DNA of 64,000 bases. It comes from a virus. The position numbers and the translations under genes were made by a program. The DNA is taken from positions 8,771-72,770 of the IMG/VR virus record IMGVR_UViG_3300022666_000049; one strand, given 5' to 3'. Positions within the stretch are counted from its first letter, which is position 1, and each line of letters begins with the position of its first letter. This document shows, piece after piece, positions 9,306-19,700 of the stretch. The notes under the pieces were generated by a model that did not search any database, was not told the DNA's origin, and was given only the letters and a program-made list of their open reading frames with translations.

Positions 9306-12300
9306 TATGCTTTCCCCTTTTTACCCATAACAACATCTGGTGCCTCTATTATAACTGTATTTAGATAATCTTTGAAAGTGCTTGATACAGTCTCACTCTC
9401 GTCTATTTTTGCGGGAACTATATAAACATAGTCTCCAAGCGGAGCCCATTTCGGATAACTACTATTGCTTCTTCCTCCATTATAAAACATGTAAGTTAGG
9501 CTATATGTTACTTGAATTTTGTTTGGAGCATTTTTAAACTTTTCTTTATTTATCATTGATTTTGCTTGATCATAGCACAACCTAAGCTCTTTCATTCCTG
9601 CGTATATAATTCCATCTACATATTTTCCTGGATCAGATACAATTTGTGCTTTTGTTGGGACATATTTTATATCTTCTGTAGGATAATAGCTTATTGCATT
9701 GTCTATATGCTGAGTTGTTTTCCCTTTATATGTTGGCAATATTTGCATCAACCCTATAGCTCCAGCTTTACTTGTTGGGGGGTTAATACTATATCCTGAC
9801 TCTTGCGCTATTGTTGCAGATATAAGTTTCCAGCTTAAATTCTGTCTTTTCTGCTCTCTTACTAGTATATTGAATGCATGCTGTGCATCTTTTTTAGAGT
9901 TTGCTTTGTGCAACATTCGTTTTAAATATTCAGCAGCCACGTTCTCACTAACAGAATTCATTTTTACATCTGAGATAAATGTTGTAGGAGTCATTAGGTC
10001 ATTTTTAATCCTATTTTGCATTCCTGGCAATCCAGATCCATGACCTACACTTGCATGAACGTTGCTTGATCCAGCTCCCATATTAAATTCAGCATCAGAG
10101 TAGTATTCTTTCATTACATCTACAGCATTAGAAACTGTACGCTTGGCATTTACTATAACACCTTTTGTATGCATCCATAGATCATTGTTCTTATAACCCT
10201 CTAATCCTGACATCATAGTTCTACCCTTACTCCATAGTGGATGAACTATAATCGTATTATTTTTGGTTGCATATTTTACAGCTATAGTTTCAAGTGCTAT
10301 TGGAATTAACTCTGTAACACTACCTATAATCATAGCTGGCCAAAAAGACTTTAGTGCTTTCCCTGCAAACTTTGCAGTTTTTGTTATAGTAGATATACCT
10401 TTATCTGCCGCACCTAATGCTGAAGGTATTCCTCTATTTTTTGCGAAATCCCCTATATGTTTTGCAAGAGTTGTTGCTGCAGCTTCACCTCTTATGATGG
10501 TAGCAAGCTTACCGGCTTGGCCAGGCGCTCCTTTTACTGCAACAGATGTTTTAGACCATGCATTTCTTGTTGCTTCCCATACACCCTTTAAATTATCTTT
10601 TATCTTATATTCTGCAATTGCGCTTTTGCTATTTTTTAAGATTCCTATATACATACCAAAGCGTACAGAATCCAGAGCGCCTTCCCATTCGAGTGACCTT
10701 CTGAAATAATCTTGGACCTCTATACTTTCTGAACGTGTTGTTGTCTCTTCTGGACCATCGCTATTGGAATGTTGCCTATCGTCAAAATAATGCTGTGCAA
10801 ATGCTGATACTACTGCAACTCCAGCACCAGCTAGAAGGAGTATTGGGGCACCAACTCCTGTTGCAGCTATACCCGCCATTATACCCATACCAGCAAGTCC
10901 TATAGTACCATTTGCGCTGAATAAATGGTCAAAGAAGAATTTTCTTGCTACCTGTCCAGTTGTTAAATAAGCATCTCCATTTACATCACATACCATATTT
11001 GGGACTATATGTGTTGTGAAGCCCATTTCTGAATCAAATTTATGTATCACTGTTTCTACTTGAATCCATCCATACATCTTGTGAATTTCATCAAATACAT
11101 AAACTTTATCATATGGCTCAATCTTTGGATTGCCTTTAATAATTAAAGTGCCACCATATAGTTTTTCAACGCCTTCTTTTAAAAGCCCTAGTGCATAAAA
11201 CTTGGCAAGATCCTCGTCATCAGTAAAATCAATATTTGCATACTTTGTTATAACTGCACCAGGATCAATTGAAGCATCTGCTGCTTGAGTTATGACTCCA
11301 GCCTCACCATTATCATGTTCTTCTGCTTTTGTTGAATAGCTTACTACTACTGTATTCCATCCTCTACTTGGAGTCGATTTGATACCATTTACGATTATAT
11401 GGTCATATGATGTTACAATATGCTGCTTCTGGAATGGAACCCTTGGTGCCATTTCATCTTTGTTTTTTATTGTATAGTCTGTTCCTAACTGTGCCATTTT
11501 AGATGCTAATGCAGCATTTTGAAACTTGTTTAATGATGATGGTTCTTTGCCAAGTTTAGCATCTTCTGCATCTTGCCTATCTTTTCCTGCTAAAAATGTT
11601 AACGCAGGAGCCATAGCCTGTATTGGATCATCTGTTCTCCAGTAATCAAAGTCAATAGGACCAAAATATAGTGTTGACCTATTACCATAAGGTCTTACGT
11701 CTAATGCGAATCCTGGATATAACCTCTGGATGTTTTGTAATACATTCCATATTGTCCGTTTAGCATTTACATTTAGGTTGAAACTTCTTCCGCCCCATCC
11801 ACCATTCCAAATATCAACAGCATAAATATTATCGTCTACAGGGTTGTTGTCACCTTTATATGTCTCTCTTAAGATCTGTCCTATCTGCTGATCCGCCTTG
11901 TACGCGTTAAATGTATTTCCATTGAACCATCCTTGGATATCAGATAGTCTAGCGGCCATATTTACATTATTATTGAAGCTTACATTACTTAAAACTCTGC
12001 CACCTTCAACTTTTATAACGTCCGCCATTGGACCAGCTAAAGCATATGCTGTCATCCCTGCCATAATTGGGATCCCAGCTTTTGCTCCAAATACAAACTT
12101 TGAGAATGTTCTCCATCCTGCAAAATGAGCTATTGTTCCTATGCCAGTAGTTCCACCTAAAAATCCTGCAGCCTGGAAAGATGCTCTACCTAATTCTAGA
12201 ATAGTATAATGCTTCTTGGAAAATCTTTCTAAGAAAGATCCGTACACTCTACCAAAGTGAACGACATTTGTGTTTGCCCTTAGCATCTGGCTTATAATAT

Positions 12301-15300
12301 CAGCAAATGTTGGAGCTTTATATGTTGTTGTAGAGTTTACAGCAGGTACAGTTAGCTCTCTTCCGTCTCCATGACATTCTATGTCATAGATCCCTATATC
12401 TGGCCTACCATTTAGAGATACTATTGTCCCTATAAATACTGTATCTAATGCTCTAGGATCAGTATGATATCCTAGCTTTAGGCATATTCTCATTCCTTCT
12501 CTTAGAGGCGCACGTCCACGATCCCATTTCTTGGCATCTGGTGTATCTACCTTATCCATAGGCATAGCATATGATACGTCAAACTCAGCATTTCCACTTC
12601 TTACGGCATCTGGATTAAATAGTGGATTAGTTGTTATATACCTTGCATCTACTACAACCCGAGCCTTCATTATATGTAAAGGCGTATTCCTATCCCTTAT
12701 AACCATTAGATCTTGAACTAATCTAAAATCATAATAGTCATCTAGAGAATAGAATCGTATCTCAGATGTATCTTCTGATATAATATATAACTTGAATGTA
12801 GGAAATGCATTCTCCATACCTTCGGTTGGAAGCCTACCTATTAGAAAGTCATCTCTAATCTTTCTTCCTGCATCTTGCATAGCTGGTGTATTTGCAGTAT
12901 TTAGATTTTTTAATAGTTGTAGCTGACTCTCCATAGCATCTTTGGTCTGTTTCTCATCAAGGCCAAATCTGTTTTCCTCGAAATTAGTTCCATATAGTGT
13001 TACATCTCCAAGAGATGATCCTCCAGAATATATATCAGGCATCCCATATACAGCTCTATCAATTAAGCCAGGCTGGTATTTTATTGGACCGCCATGTTGC
13101 GCAGCTCTCTCTTTTTCTAACTCTGCATTTATATATGCTGGTGTTTGTGCAATACTTACAACTCCATTCTTTTTAAGGTGTTCAATTGTAGCATTTGGAT
13201 TTCTCCTAAGTCCAGCATTTACCATATTTTCTGGAAGTGTATTATTGTTTGATGCAAACGGCCCTGCAACCTTAGCTGTTGCATTTTCCAATAACTCAGG
13301 ATGGATTGCTCTCATTGGTGTTTCTGCTGGATCAGTTAGTGCTGACCCATCAGATGTTGTCATAAATAAGTTGTTTTGTGAACTGTTATAAATCCTTTGT
13401 ATCTGCGGTACAGCAGTACCAGATGTTGTTGTATTTGTTGGAGTAACAGTATCTATAGATATTTGATTATTTACCCAATTTTCTCTTTTTTGATATGCTT
13501 CTGTAGTATAAGCTTGTGCATCTTCACCAAAAGCTCCTGTTAAACCCCATCCCGCCTGTAATGCTCTTCCTTGGAATGTTTTAAATGGATAGTTATGAGA
13601 ATCAGTTGCATCTTGATGGTACTCTAATAATTGACCATTGTTTGTGCTTAAGAATTCACCATTTTCTCCATATATAGGCTCTCTTTTAGATACTGGATAT
13701 GCAATCCCTTCTATGATAGATGTAGGGCTATTGTTATCTTTAATCTTCTGATATAGACCTCCCCACTGCTCTTGCATATATACAGAAGTCCAAGCCTCCC
13801 AGTCCTGAGTCGGACATACTGCATTAGCAACCTCAGACTGGAGCCTATTGAGCATAAGTCCTAAGCTCTTAAACCTATCGCTATAATACCAATCTCCTAT
13901 GGTAGAAGACAAGAATGCTGAATGATGTACATATTTGTCAATATCTGGGAAATACCTATGAGCAGCCCAAGGCTTAACATTTTTTACATACTTAGACAAG
14001 TCTATCCCAGCTAATTCTTTTCTAACCTTTTCTCTTAACGCCTTTTCTTTTTCAACAAGATCTTTATGCTTTTTGTCTGCATTAACTTTATAATGGATAA
14101 CTATGTCATTAGTAGTAAGAGCATTGTTGTCTCCATCATTTGGAACAAAATCTTTTGTTACTCGATACATCTTAAATTCATTAGGGTTAGAAAAAGGCCT
14201 TAGCTTAGCATAACTAGTAAACACCTCTTCTTTATTGCTAGCATTACATCTTAAAATTAGGATTGTTCCGTCTGATGCGAACTGATTTATGCTTGTCACG
14301 TATGGACCGAATATATTAAATATCTCTTTATCTGATTTTCCTTCAATCTCTTTCTTATATTGCATCAAAGATGGATATGATCCTACTCCGGCCCTAAAGA
14401 TTTCACCGATTTTCCTTTCATCCATCCACCCTTTTGCATCTTTTAAGGCTCCAGATAACTCTACTCTATCCGTGTCTTTAATTATTCCTTGCCCAAATGG
14501 TCCATTTGTTTGGGTATATTTATATGTAAGATTCTCTATAAAATCTTTTACATCAGCATTTTTACCATATAATGCATCCCTCTTACCTTGTACTATAAAA
14601 AAGTTATCAGTAATGAACTTTTCACCTTCAGGCATACTTTTGGCGATCTTCATCAACTCTCTGTTGATAGTCTTTCTTGCATCTATATCCATTCCAGCAA
14701 CATTTGCTCCCATTGGATTTGGTATACGATCAAGAATAGTGTCTAGATTTTTATCCTCTATTGCCTCTTTCCTAGCTTTATCTAAAACTGACTTTACTTC
14801 TGGGTTATCTGCGATTTTGACTATTCTGTTTAATCCCCAATAGTCATCAAACTCCATAGCTGAGTTATTATATATCAAGCCATATTCAAAAGATGATTTA
14901 TTGAACTGTATATTGACATCAAACCAACCAGGATGTCCATCTAGAGAGGTTACTGCAACATCAGATATAGATGCTATATTTGCATCTAAGAAATTAGTTA
15001 CAGAAGATTTGATCATGTATCTATCATCATAAAAACCATATTCGTTTTCTTTTATCTTTTCATGGAATGTTTTTAGTATCTTGTTTACATTCTCATTATT
15101 ACTTGTTTTTATATTGATAGATATGCAGCCATTCCCAGGTCCTAAATATTGTGCTGTAGGATTAGGATATCCAGAAATAGGTTGCCAAGCAAAATTATTC
15201 CGATAAGAAACAGAAATGCTATGAGCTATTTCTGTTACACTAGATTTATCTACAGTATTTATAAAATCTTCAGGATCCCTAGCATCCTTAATCATTCCTT

Positions 15301-16756
15301 GAGGATCACCTTTTTTTGCATTTTTTTCTTTAATGAAGACTTCTTTTTCTGTTAATGTTTTGTCAACTTTAAGGATAGATATTAAAGATGGGTTTTTATC
15401 ATCAACTGTATACTTGGATATATCCTTCTTTAGTTCTGCTTCAATTATTATATTATATGGTGAAACAGAGCTTTCTAGACGTAATGTGGGTTTGAAGATA
15501 TGGTCGAGTGTTGCTCCATTGTCGTCGAACTTTGTCTGATTATACTCAAAGTATTCTAGCTTTCCTCCATCTGTATCCCTATAATATGGGAGATAGTTAA
15601 ATAGAGAGAATTGCATAGAGCACCCCAACATATGTGGATGTCCTTCTATGGTATAAATGACATACTCATCCATTGTCACAGGTACGGCAAAGTGACTTTT
15701 GTATGGGCTTAACAGTGTTGATAGCTGGCTACTTGAATTATCTGTACCATCTGATGAAAGCTTATTCCATAGATCTCTAGACCATATAAGATTAAATGGA
15801 CAAAACTTAAACTGAGTAAGTATCCTTTTAAGATCTGTATTTATTTTACTCTCTGGAAACACAACATTCATCTTGACAGCAATTCTGCTAACAGGAGATG
15901 CTAAAGGCTTAGACTCAAAACCTAATAGATCTATATTATTAGATGATCTAATCTGAGTAACAGTAAGATGTGTTGGAGGAATGTCTAACCAAACATCTCC
16001 TATCTTTACCTTATTTGCATATTCATCTTTTGTTAAGTCATAATCTAACTGTGACTTCTTAGTATTAAAAAGAGTATCATCATATATATATCTAGACTTG
16101 TCATTGAGCTTTTCATACTCATTTGCTTTTAGTAGTTTTCTAAAATCATCAGATGAATATATACCTTTCTTATTTTGCTGCGCTCTACCCCAAGCAACTT
16201 GATAGTCATCTGACCTTCCTGGAACCTGTGTTCTTGGGAGCTTGCTATATGGCCTAGTTATACCGTTTGATAATAGTAGATAGTCTACATCAGCTTTGTT
16301 CCCATCTTCGTCAACTATACGAAGAAATGCATCCTGTCGACCGTATTCGTCTCCCTTGATTGGATCAAATGATAAATGCTGACCATTATTGCTAGCTTCT
16401 TTTAATAATCTATATAATGCTGCTCCTTGTGATGCAGAAAAAGGTTCATCGGCAGATAATTCAAATGTATCAGATGCGGCTAAACGTATTTTAGTTTGAG
16501 AAACACCTGCACTATAGACTTCAATTGTATCACCGTCTATAATCCTTACGCTATCACCTATTCTTTGTCCCATTTTGTCATATATATCTAGTCTTACAAT
16601 AGGCCTTTCTTCACCTAAGAAGATTCTAGCTATAGCATCATCCTCTCCAGATGGAGACATATATGCATTACTTTGAATAAATTTATCATAATAATCATAT
16701 AGCTTATTTGTTAAGCTTAAAGAAAAAGCATTTGCTGTATTAGTAGGTATTGCCAT
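9305..16756 (-). CDS. Giant baseplate hub/tail-tip protein (2483 aa): N-terminal thermonuclease (SNase) domain, hub-like middle, C-terminal lytic transglycosylase
   Basis: SNase motifs IIDGDTI, IRLAASDTFE, DEYGR, LLSNG, AQQNKKGIY (~16150-16560); hub-like LREGMRICLKLGY...VFIGTI...IECHGDGREL; SLT motifs ATIAQESGY, AGAIGLMQILP, YNGG (~9450-9870). Confidence 0.8.
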   Translation of the reverse strand: MAIPTNTANAFSLSLTNKLYDYYDKFIQSNAYMSPSGEDDAIARIFLGEERPIVRLDIYDKMGQRIGDSVRIIDGDTIEVYSAGVSQTKIRLAASDTFELSADEPFSASQGAALYRLLKEASNNGQHLSFDPIKGDEYGRQDAFLRIVDEDGNKADVDYLLLSNGITRPYSKLPRTQVPGRSDDYQVAWGRAQQNKKGIYSSDDFRKLLKANEYEKLNDKSRYIYDDTLFNTKKSQLDYDLTKDEYANKVKIGDVWLDIPPTHLTVTQIRSSNNIDLLGFESKPLASPVSRIAVKMNVVFPESKINTDLKRILTQFKFCPFNLIWSRDLWNKLSSDGTDNSSSQLSTLLSPYKSHFAVPVTMDEYVIYTIEGHPHMLGCSMQFSLFNYLPYYRDTDGGKLEYFEYNQTKFDDNGATLDHIFKPTLRLESSVSPYNIIIEAELKKDISKYTVDDKNPSLISILKVDKTLTEKEVFIKEKNAKKGDPQGMIKDARDPEDFINTVDKSSVTEIAHSISVSYRNNFAWQPISGYPNPTAQYLGPGNGCISINIKTSNNENVNKILKTFHEKIKENEYGFYDDRYMIKSSVTNFLDANIASISDVAVTSLDGHPGWFDVNIQFNKSSFEYGLIYNNSAMEFDDYWGLNRIVKIADNPEVKSVLDKARKEAIEDKNLDTILDRIPNPMGANVAGMDIDARKTINRELMKIAKSMPEGEKFITDNFFIVQGKRDALYGKNADVKDFIENLTYKYTQTNGPFGQGIIKDTDRVELSGALKDAKGWMDERKIGEIFRAGVGSYPSLMQYKKEIEGKSDKEIFNIFGPYVTSINQFASDGTILILRCNASNKEEVFTSYAKLRPFSNPNEFKMYRVTKDFVPNDGDNNALTTNDIVIHYKVNADKKHKDLVEKEKALREKVRKELAGIDLSKYVKNVKPWAAHRYFPDIDKYVHHSAFLSSTIGDWYYSDRFKSLGLMLNRLQSEVANAVCPTQDWEAWTSVYMQEQWGGLYQKIKDNNSPTSIIEGIAYPVSKREPIYGENGEFLSTNNGQLLEYHQDATDSHNYPFKTFQGRALQAGWGLTGAFGEDAQAYTTEAYQKRENWVNNQISIDTVTPTNTTTSGTAVPQIQRIYNSSQNNLFMTTSDGSALTDPAETPMRAIHPELLENATAKVAGPFASNNNTLPENMVNAGLRRNPNATIEHLKKNGVVSIAQTPAYINAELEKERAAQHGGPIKYQPGLIDRAVYGMPDIYSGGSSLGDVTLYGTNFEENRFGLDEKQTKDAMESQLQLLKNLNTANTPAMQDAGRKIRDDFLIGRLPTEGMENAFPTFKLYIISEDTSEIRFYSLDDYYDFRLVQDLMVIRDRNTPLHIMKARVVVDARYITTNPLFNPDAVRSGNAEFDVSYAMPMDKVDTPDAKKWDRGRAPLREGMRICLKLGYHTDPRALDTVFIGTIVSLNGRPDIGIYDIECHGDGRELTVPAVNSTTTYKAPTFADIISQMLRANTNVVHFGRVYGSFLERFSKKHYTILELGRASFQAAGFLGGTTGIGTIAHFAGWRTFSKFVFGAKAGIPIMAGMTAYALAGPMADVIKVEGGRVLSNVSFNNNVNMAARLSDIQGWFNGNTFNAYKADQQIGQILRETYKGDNNPVDDNIYAVDIWNGGWGGRSFNLNVNAKRTIWNVLQNIQRLYPGFALDVRPYGNRSTLYFGPIDFDYWRTDDPIQAMAPALTFLAGKDRQDAEDAKLGKEPSSLNKFQNAALASKMAQLGTDYTIKNKDEMAPRVPFQKQHIVTSYDHIIVNGIKSTPSRGWNTVVVSYSTKAEEHDNGEAGVITQAADASIDPGAVITKYANIDFTDDEDLAKFYALGLLKEGVEKLYGGTLIIKGNPKIEPYDKVYVFDEIHKMYGWIQVETVIHKFDSEMGFTTHIVPNMVCDVNGDAYLTTGQVARKFFFDHLFSANGTIGLAGMGIMAGIAATGVGAPILLLAGAGVAVVSAFAQHYFDDRQHSNSDGPEETTTRSESIEVQDYFRRSLEWEGALDSVRFGMYIGILKNSKSAIAEYKIKDNLKGVWEATRNAWSKTSVAVKGAPGQAGKLATIIRGEAAATTLAKHIGDFAKNRGIPSALGAADKGISTITKTAKFAGKALKSFWPAMIIGSVTELIPIALETIAVKYATKNNTIIVHPLWSKGRTMMSGLEGYKNNDLWMHTKGVIVNAKRTVSNAVDVMKEYYSDAEFNMGAGSSNVHASVGHGSGLPGMQNRIKNDLMTPTTFISDVKMNSVSENVAAEYLKRMLHKANSKKDAQHAFNILVREQKRQNLSWKLISATIAQESGYSINPPTSKAGAIGLMQILPTYKGKTTQHIDNAISYYPTEDIKYVPTKAQIVSDPGKYVDGIIYAGMKELRLCYDQAKSMINKEKFKNAPNKIQVTYSLTYMFYNGGRSNSSYPKWAPLGDYVYIVPAKIDESETVSSTFKDYLNTVIIEAPDVVMGKKGKA

Positions 16757-16768
16757 TTTTATCCTTTA

Positions 16769-19700
16769 TTACCCGCCATAGCGGTACATGTCTTGTTTAT
16801 ATGGATTGGAACCATCAGAAATGATAGTTGAAGAATTGTATCCCCTTAGACCGACTACACTATTTATATGTCCCATAAGAGTTTGAGAGTTTTCTCTGTA
16901 GTTTGTTAATAAGGATGATGACACATTTGAGCCATGTCCTCCATATATAGTGCTTCTTTCAGACATGCTATTATATTGTGTATTATGGAATGATGGATTA
17001 TTATATGATGGTATATCATTTAACTCTCTTGGTGTTCCATCTCCTGTTACAAGGTTAAGAGCGGTAAATCCTAATAATGCTGCTCCAGCAGCTATTCCTG
17101 CCCTTTTAGGGGTTAAGTGTTTAGTCAGAAATGCAATTGTTTCATCTACTACTGGGAAGACTCTCGTTTCAGCCCTTCTTGTAGCTCTCATTGCTTCAGT
17201 CATGAAGATATCTTCACCTTTTGCTCTTCTTGTTGCAAGATTCATTAATTGGTCATTTAATAATCTTGTTACTTCTTCTTCGGCTACCTTATATCCATTT
17301 GGGCTATTTCTCTTTAGCTGTTCTCTAATGCTTTTTTCTATGAATTCAACACTGTCAGAGAAACCTTTACCTTTTAATGGCCTTTCAATAAAATCGAGAT
17401 AGTGTGCATCAGATACTAATCCTGCCTCTTGTAACAGCTTGTTCTCTGTGAAATATTCTATATCTTTAGTTGCTTCATTAAATCTGGTTTTAAAAGCGTC
17501 AAGAGTTTCATCTTTCCTATTAAACCATCCTCTTTTATGTAGATTTTCTATTTCTGTATCTGATGCCCTTCGCCAGTTATTTTGCAAGTCATGAACTGTT
17601 AGAAGGTCATCCATTAGGCCACCCCTTTGTAATGCCTCTAGTCCTTTCTCATTTCCTGGCTTCCTAGCCTCCATTAAAGCCCATTCTCCAAGAGCATGAA
17701 TCTCTCCTAATTGAGCGACACTTCTGGACATGGTTTCTGGAGTTATTTCTCCAATATTCTCAAATACTGCACCCATAGTTGCGAAATGCTTCATTTGAGC
17801 ATCTGTTGCTGTTCTATCTAAAATAGCTTTAGCATGTTTGGATGAGATAATAGACTGTGGACCAGATTTTGGAATAAGGGTATCTATAAAATATTTTGCA
17901 TGAGTATATGCTTCATCTGACAAGCCTTGCGTATTTGCTAATACATCTCTATAGTATGCAGTCTGACCCCATGCTCTTACGGTAGCTGAACCTGTTAAGC
18001 CTTTTGTTAAAAAGGATGCTCTTGACTGTTCTATCTCTAGGCTTTTCATAGCAGAAGCAAACTCGCCCTTATATCCTTCAGGGAGTGCTGTAAACATTCC
18101 TTGTTCTGGCTTTACTAATTTTTTGAGAACATTCCCCTCTTCTACTTGCTTCATTATCTTATATGCTTCTAAGTTCTCTTTCTCAAAATACTGCATGGCC
18201 ATTTGTCTATTATTGCTTTGAATCATGGAGAATGCATGTATTGCGTCACCATCAGTATCTGCATTCATCAATGACTTTATGACATGTCCAGCAGCCATAG
18301 TCCTATCGTTACCTAATTCTGGAGCAACAAATCCGAGAGTCATTAGTGTAGATTTTGCGTAAATATTTGGGTAACGAGTTAGGTAGTCTACATTTGCATG
18401 TTTAAATATCAAGCTTTTTATTTTACCAAGTGCCTCTTCAGTTATTTGTCCAGTTTGATTTACGGCTAAATCTATTTCAGTCTGTATATTTTTCCATGCG
18501 CTTGCTGACTTATCAGCCATTTCGCTTGCTATCTTCATAGCATTGCCAGATTTTGATTCTTCAACAGCACTAGTAATTGCGTTTCCTGCTCCATATCTTT
18601 CGTTCAATACGTCAACTACGCTTTTAGTTTGCTCTTTTGCTATTGTTTGAGCATCTTCTATTTGTCTAGCCATAAATGACACATAGTCGTCTCTCGATCT
18701 TAATGTAAGACTTCCAACTACATTATCTAATCCTTCTGCTGTAGAGCCTTTCATTCTAGACAACCTCTTATGGGTATCCAATAAGAATTGGCTATCTACT
18801 AGTTTTTCATAACTTCTTCCTTCTATCTGAAGAGCAGAACTTCTCATAAAGCTAGAGTAGTCTTTCGCTGTCTGATCTAGTAATTCCTCTAAGGCTTTAC
18901 CTTTTATAACTCCTGTATTGTCCTCTGCAGCCTCAGATAGTGCTCTAGCCATATTGTATGTAATTTCTTTAGCTGGAACATAAGATCCATCTTCTAGAGA
19001 CTGTAATCCACCTATCCATTCTTGACTTGGTATGTAGAATAACCCATCACCTTGTTTTCCCTTAGTTTTTACAAAGTATCCGAATTTATTTTCATCTGAC
19101 CCAAACAAAGAATTGAAAAATATATCAGGTGATTTAATTGCAGAAGATGCTTCTCTAGAAATTTGTAGATATGGAGAGCCAAGCTTTGCTCTTAGTTCAT
19201 CTACTCCTAATGTTTCTATTTTTGCACCTATAGTTTTTTCAAACTCTTCAATAGCTGCAGCATCTAATTCATTTGAGGCAGACATTAGCATCATTCTTGT
19301 TTCTTGTGTTAGCTTTGTAGATCTCACCATATTTCTTGCAGACAATTCCTCAAGTGCCGTAGGCATATCTGCTGTATAAGATAAGTCTAATCCTGTGTGT
19401 CTATATATACCAGAACCTTTACCTAATGTCATAGCCTCAGCTTCATGGGCTGTCATATCTCCCATATAATTCATAAGCTGAAGATCTTCTGCATTTATTA
19501 CTCCACTACTTATTGCATCCTGTATTTCCTTTGGAAGTAAGCCTACAGACCTTCCTATTATTTCATCTTTGGTATATTTAGACATTAAGTCTTGTGCTTT
19601 AAACGTTCTATTTAGAATCTTTACTGCTGTTTCACTTGATACGCCTGACCCTACATATGAACTTTTGCCAGAGAGGTGCGCCATCTGAGTTGCTGCTGCC

